Part shown: positions 62,056 to 64,000 of the stretch, in pieces
Position numbering within the stretch: position 1 is the first letter of the stretch
How the letters are laid out: each line of letters opens with the position of its first letter
Assembly (NCBI RefSeq): GCF_964188315.1
Contig: NC_135670.1
Coordinates: forward strand, 1,116,001-1,180,000
Direction of reading: 5' to 3'
DNA from: Podarcis muralis
Lineage: Eukaryota
DNA length: 64,000 nucleotides
Program-made: the position numbers and the translations under genes
The notes under the pieces: generated by a model
Database searches by the model: none
What the model was told of the DNA's origin: nothing
Seen by the model: the letters and a program-made list of their open reading frames with translations, nothing else

Positions 62056-64000
62056 ATGAAGATCCCCTCCTGTAAGATGGTAGCATTTGTACTGTTGGTA
62101 TTAGTGTTGCCGCCTCAAGTTGTGTGCAAGCTTCCTGTTGCTCGGTGTTCCATTGTAGACCCTCTTCCTATTCTTCACCAATATTATTGGTCAGGAGACC
62201 TCATCATTGCTGGCATTATGTCTCAAATCTATATGACCTCAAGCGTCTTGACTTTCAGGGAACCTCCCTCTCCTGAACTTTTTGATGACTTTCTGTAAGG
62301 AGTTGTCTTCTTTTAACCATATCATACATATATAATGAATGTATAGTGAATGCATAGTGAATGGTGGTGATGCTGCTACTACATCCCTCTAACTTCCCAG
62401 TAGTTCTGGTGTTATGGAAGCTCTGGGCAACCATCCTATGCACAAGGATCTGGTATGAAGCAAGATGCAAAGCCACTCAATGGCAGCTCAAGCTAAGCCT
62501 GGCAAGTGAATAACAGGTCTTGAAAAGTCTTTACAAAGTCAGTTTTTTATGGTAGGGTGTTGTGTTGTGGGGCTTACATCAGTCTTGGCTCAGAATGAAC
62601 AAGTTACACTGGTGTATCTTAAACAGAGTCATGGATGGAGAGTTGCTGCTGTCTGTCCCAGCTGACTCAGCAATCAGCTAGCTAAGCAGGAGGTCCACGG
62701 TATCCCATTTCAATTTTCAATTGTGTTTTCATGAGTCACTGCCAAAGCCAATGCTTGAGATGCTGCAGTCTCAATGCCCTATATTCAAGATCCTGATGTG
62801 TTCATTAGTTTTCCTCCAAAAGTTCCCCGGAGCCCTGTAATATCTATACCTTGAGATATTTAGGTTGTTGAGTCATGCCACGTTCTCCTCCAAGAAGCTT
62901 TCAGTCTGGGCCCCTTTCAAAGCTTTTTGTATTTGGGGCACCATCTTCATTTATAGAGAGCTGGTGAGCTGCTGCTGCTGCTGCTCCCTTGAACTGATAA
63001 AAGTTCATTAGGTAAGAGTTTATGTAACTATTTTTGTCTGCCAGCTCGCTCTAGATAAGGAAATAATTTAAAGCCATTTTTACTATACAGAGTCTCCATT
63101 TCCCCACTTTCTTTAATTTAAAGCCATTTTTACTATACAGAGTCTCCATTTCCCCACGCTCCCTCCCCACTTTCTCCTTACCTACTGCTGCCTAAGCTTC
63201 TTATTCTGACAGATCTTTCCATAGGATTGCTCCTGTAGAAGCTGGTTTCAGCAACAGCATCTCTTGAGTCATCGTCATCATGCACATGTAAGATCCCAAA
63301 GCAAATATCAATGTTCCCTTATTATCAAAACATCATTTTAATCAACAATCTTAGTCCATAAGGTTGTCCTCCACCTAAGCCTATTATCCCAAACTACTAG
63401 GAAGCTTTAAAAGCATTTTAAATGAATTTATGGCAGCCCTGAGGGAATCTGAAGAACCCTAAATATATAAAAAAATAAAGAAGCACAAATATCTAAACTA
63501 GTGTTTATAAAATTGGAACTTAGGAAATCATTGTTCGTTACTTGCCCTATCCCACAAGGTCACAAAGTGGGTTTAAACAATAAAAAAATGCAATATTAAA
63601 ATCAGTTCAAACAATCTGCAATGCTAAGAAATGTTTGCCAGTGTATCCATGTGATTCACTGGACTATAGGCATAAATCTATTTTTCTGTGTGAAGATGCA
63701 TTATTTTCACAGCATTTCACTGCCATAGCATTAAAAAAACCCACTCCGGATTTCCTGGGATTTTTCCAGGAAAGTGAGGAAACCCTGAACATTCTGCACA
63801 AGGGCCAGTAGCAAAGTTCAATAATGTGAAGATGAGATGTGAAGATGAGCCCTTCCAGGTCTGAGGCAAAAGTGCTTCCCAAGATGCCGTAATGTCAACT
63901 TGGCTACTCCTCTCACACTCTCTTATTTCAGAGTAATGACACAGCTCTACCAACATGTTGTGGCTTTGGCATTTGCTACAAAGGGAATAAATGAAAATCC
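62056..64000 (+). CDS. V2R gene G, exon 1 and start of exon 2; truncated by the window end
   Basis: Exon 1 62056 (or 62077)-62294 (MKIPSCKMVAFVLLVLVLPP...[12 protein letters not shown]; donor GTAAGG). Exon 2 starts at 63932 (VMTQLYQHVVALAFATKGINEN). Confidence 0.88.
63064..63157. repeat. Tandem duplication, period 50 bp
   Basis: TAATTTAAAGCCATTTTTACTATACAGAGTCTCCATTTCCCCAC twice. Confidence 0.9.

Overview
Eukaryotic (squamate) genomic DNA containing part of a tandem cluster of vomeronasal type-2 receptor genes (V2R/Vmn2r, class C GPCR). The Sauria-SINE, Squam-like SINE, Bov-B, L2 and CR1 repertoire points to a lizard, probably a lacertid; that assignment is an inference. Seven 6-exon-type V2R units were reconstructed by hand from GT-AG sites and exon phases. 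Minus strand: B (exons 1-4 intact, runs off the window start) and A (complete, 884 aa). Plus strand, diverging from A: C (TGA in exon 5), D (hAT MITE inserted in the signal-peptide codons, rest intact), E (frameshifted exon 1 followed directly by an intact 7TM exon 6, exons 2-5 absent), F (complete, conserved ATG lost but an upstream in-frame ATG present) and G (exons 1-2, runs off the window end). An orphan exon-3-like relic of a third V2R type lies between C and D. Introns and spacers are packed with SINEs, LINE fragments, MITEs and solo LTRs, and there are two N gaps. Most notable observations: a homeodomain plus O/E(Ebf)-like module upstream of all seven V2R starts; a Penelope-like fold-back insert carrying a hammerhead-ribozyme core; a MITE in a signal peptide with a possible in-frame splice rescue; a headless 7TM-only V2R; and a ~2 kb L1-like element with an intact orphan ORF. 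No database searches were run, so all family names come from recognition of the sequence.
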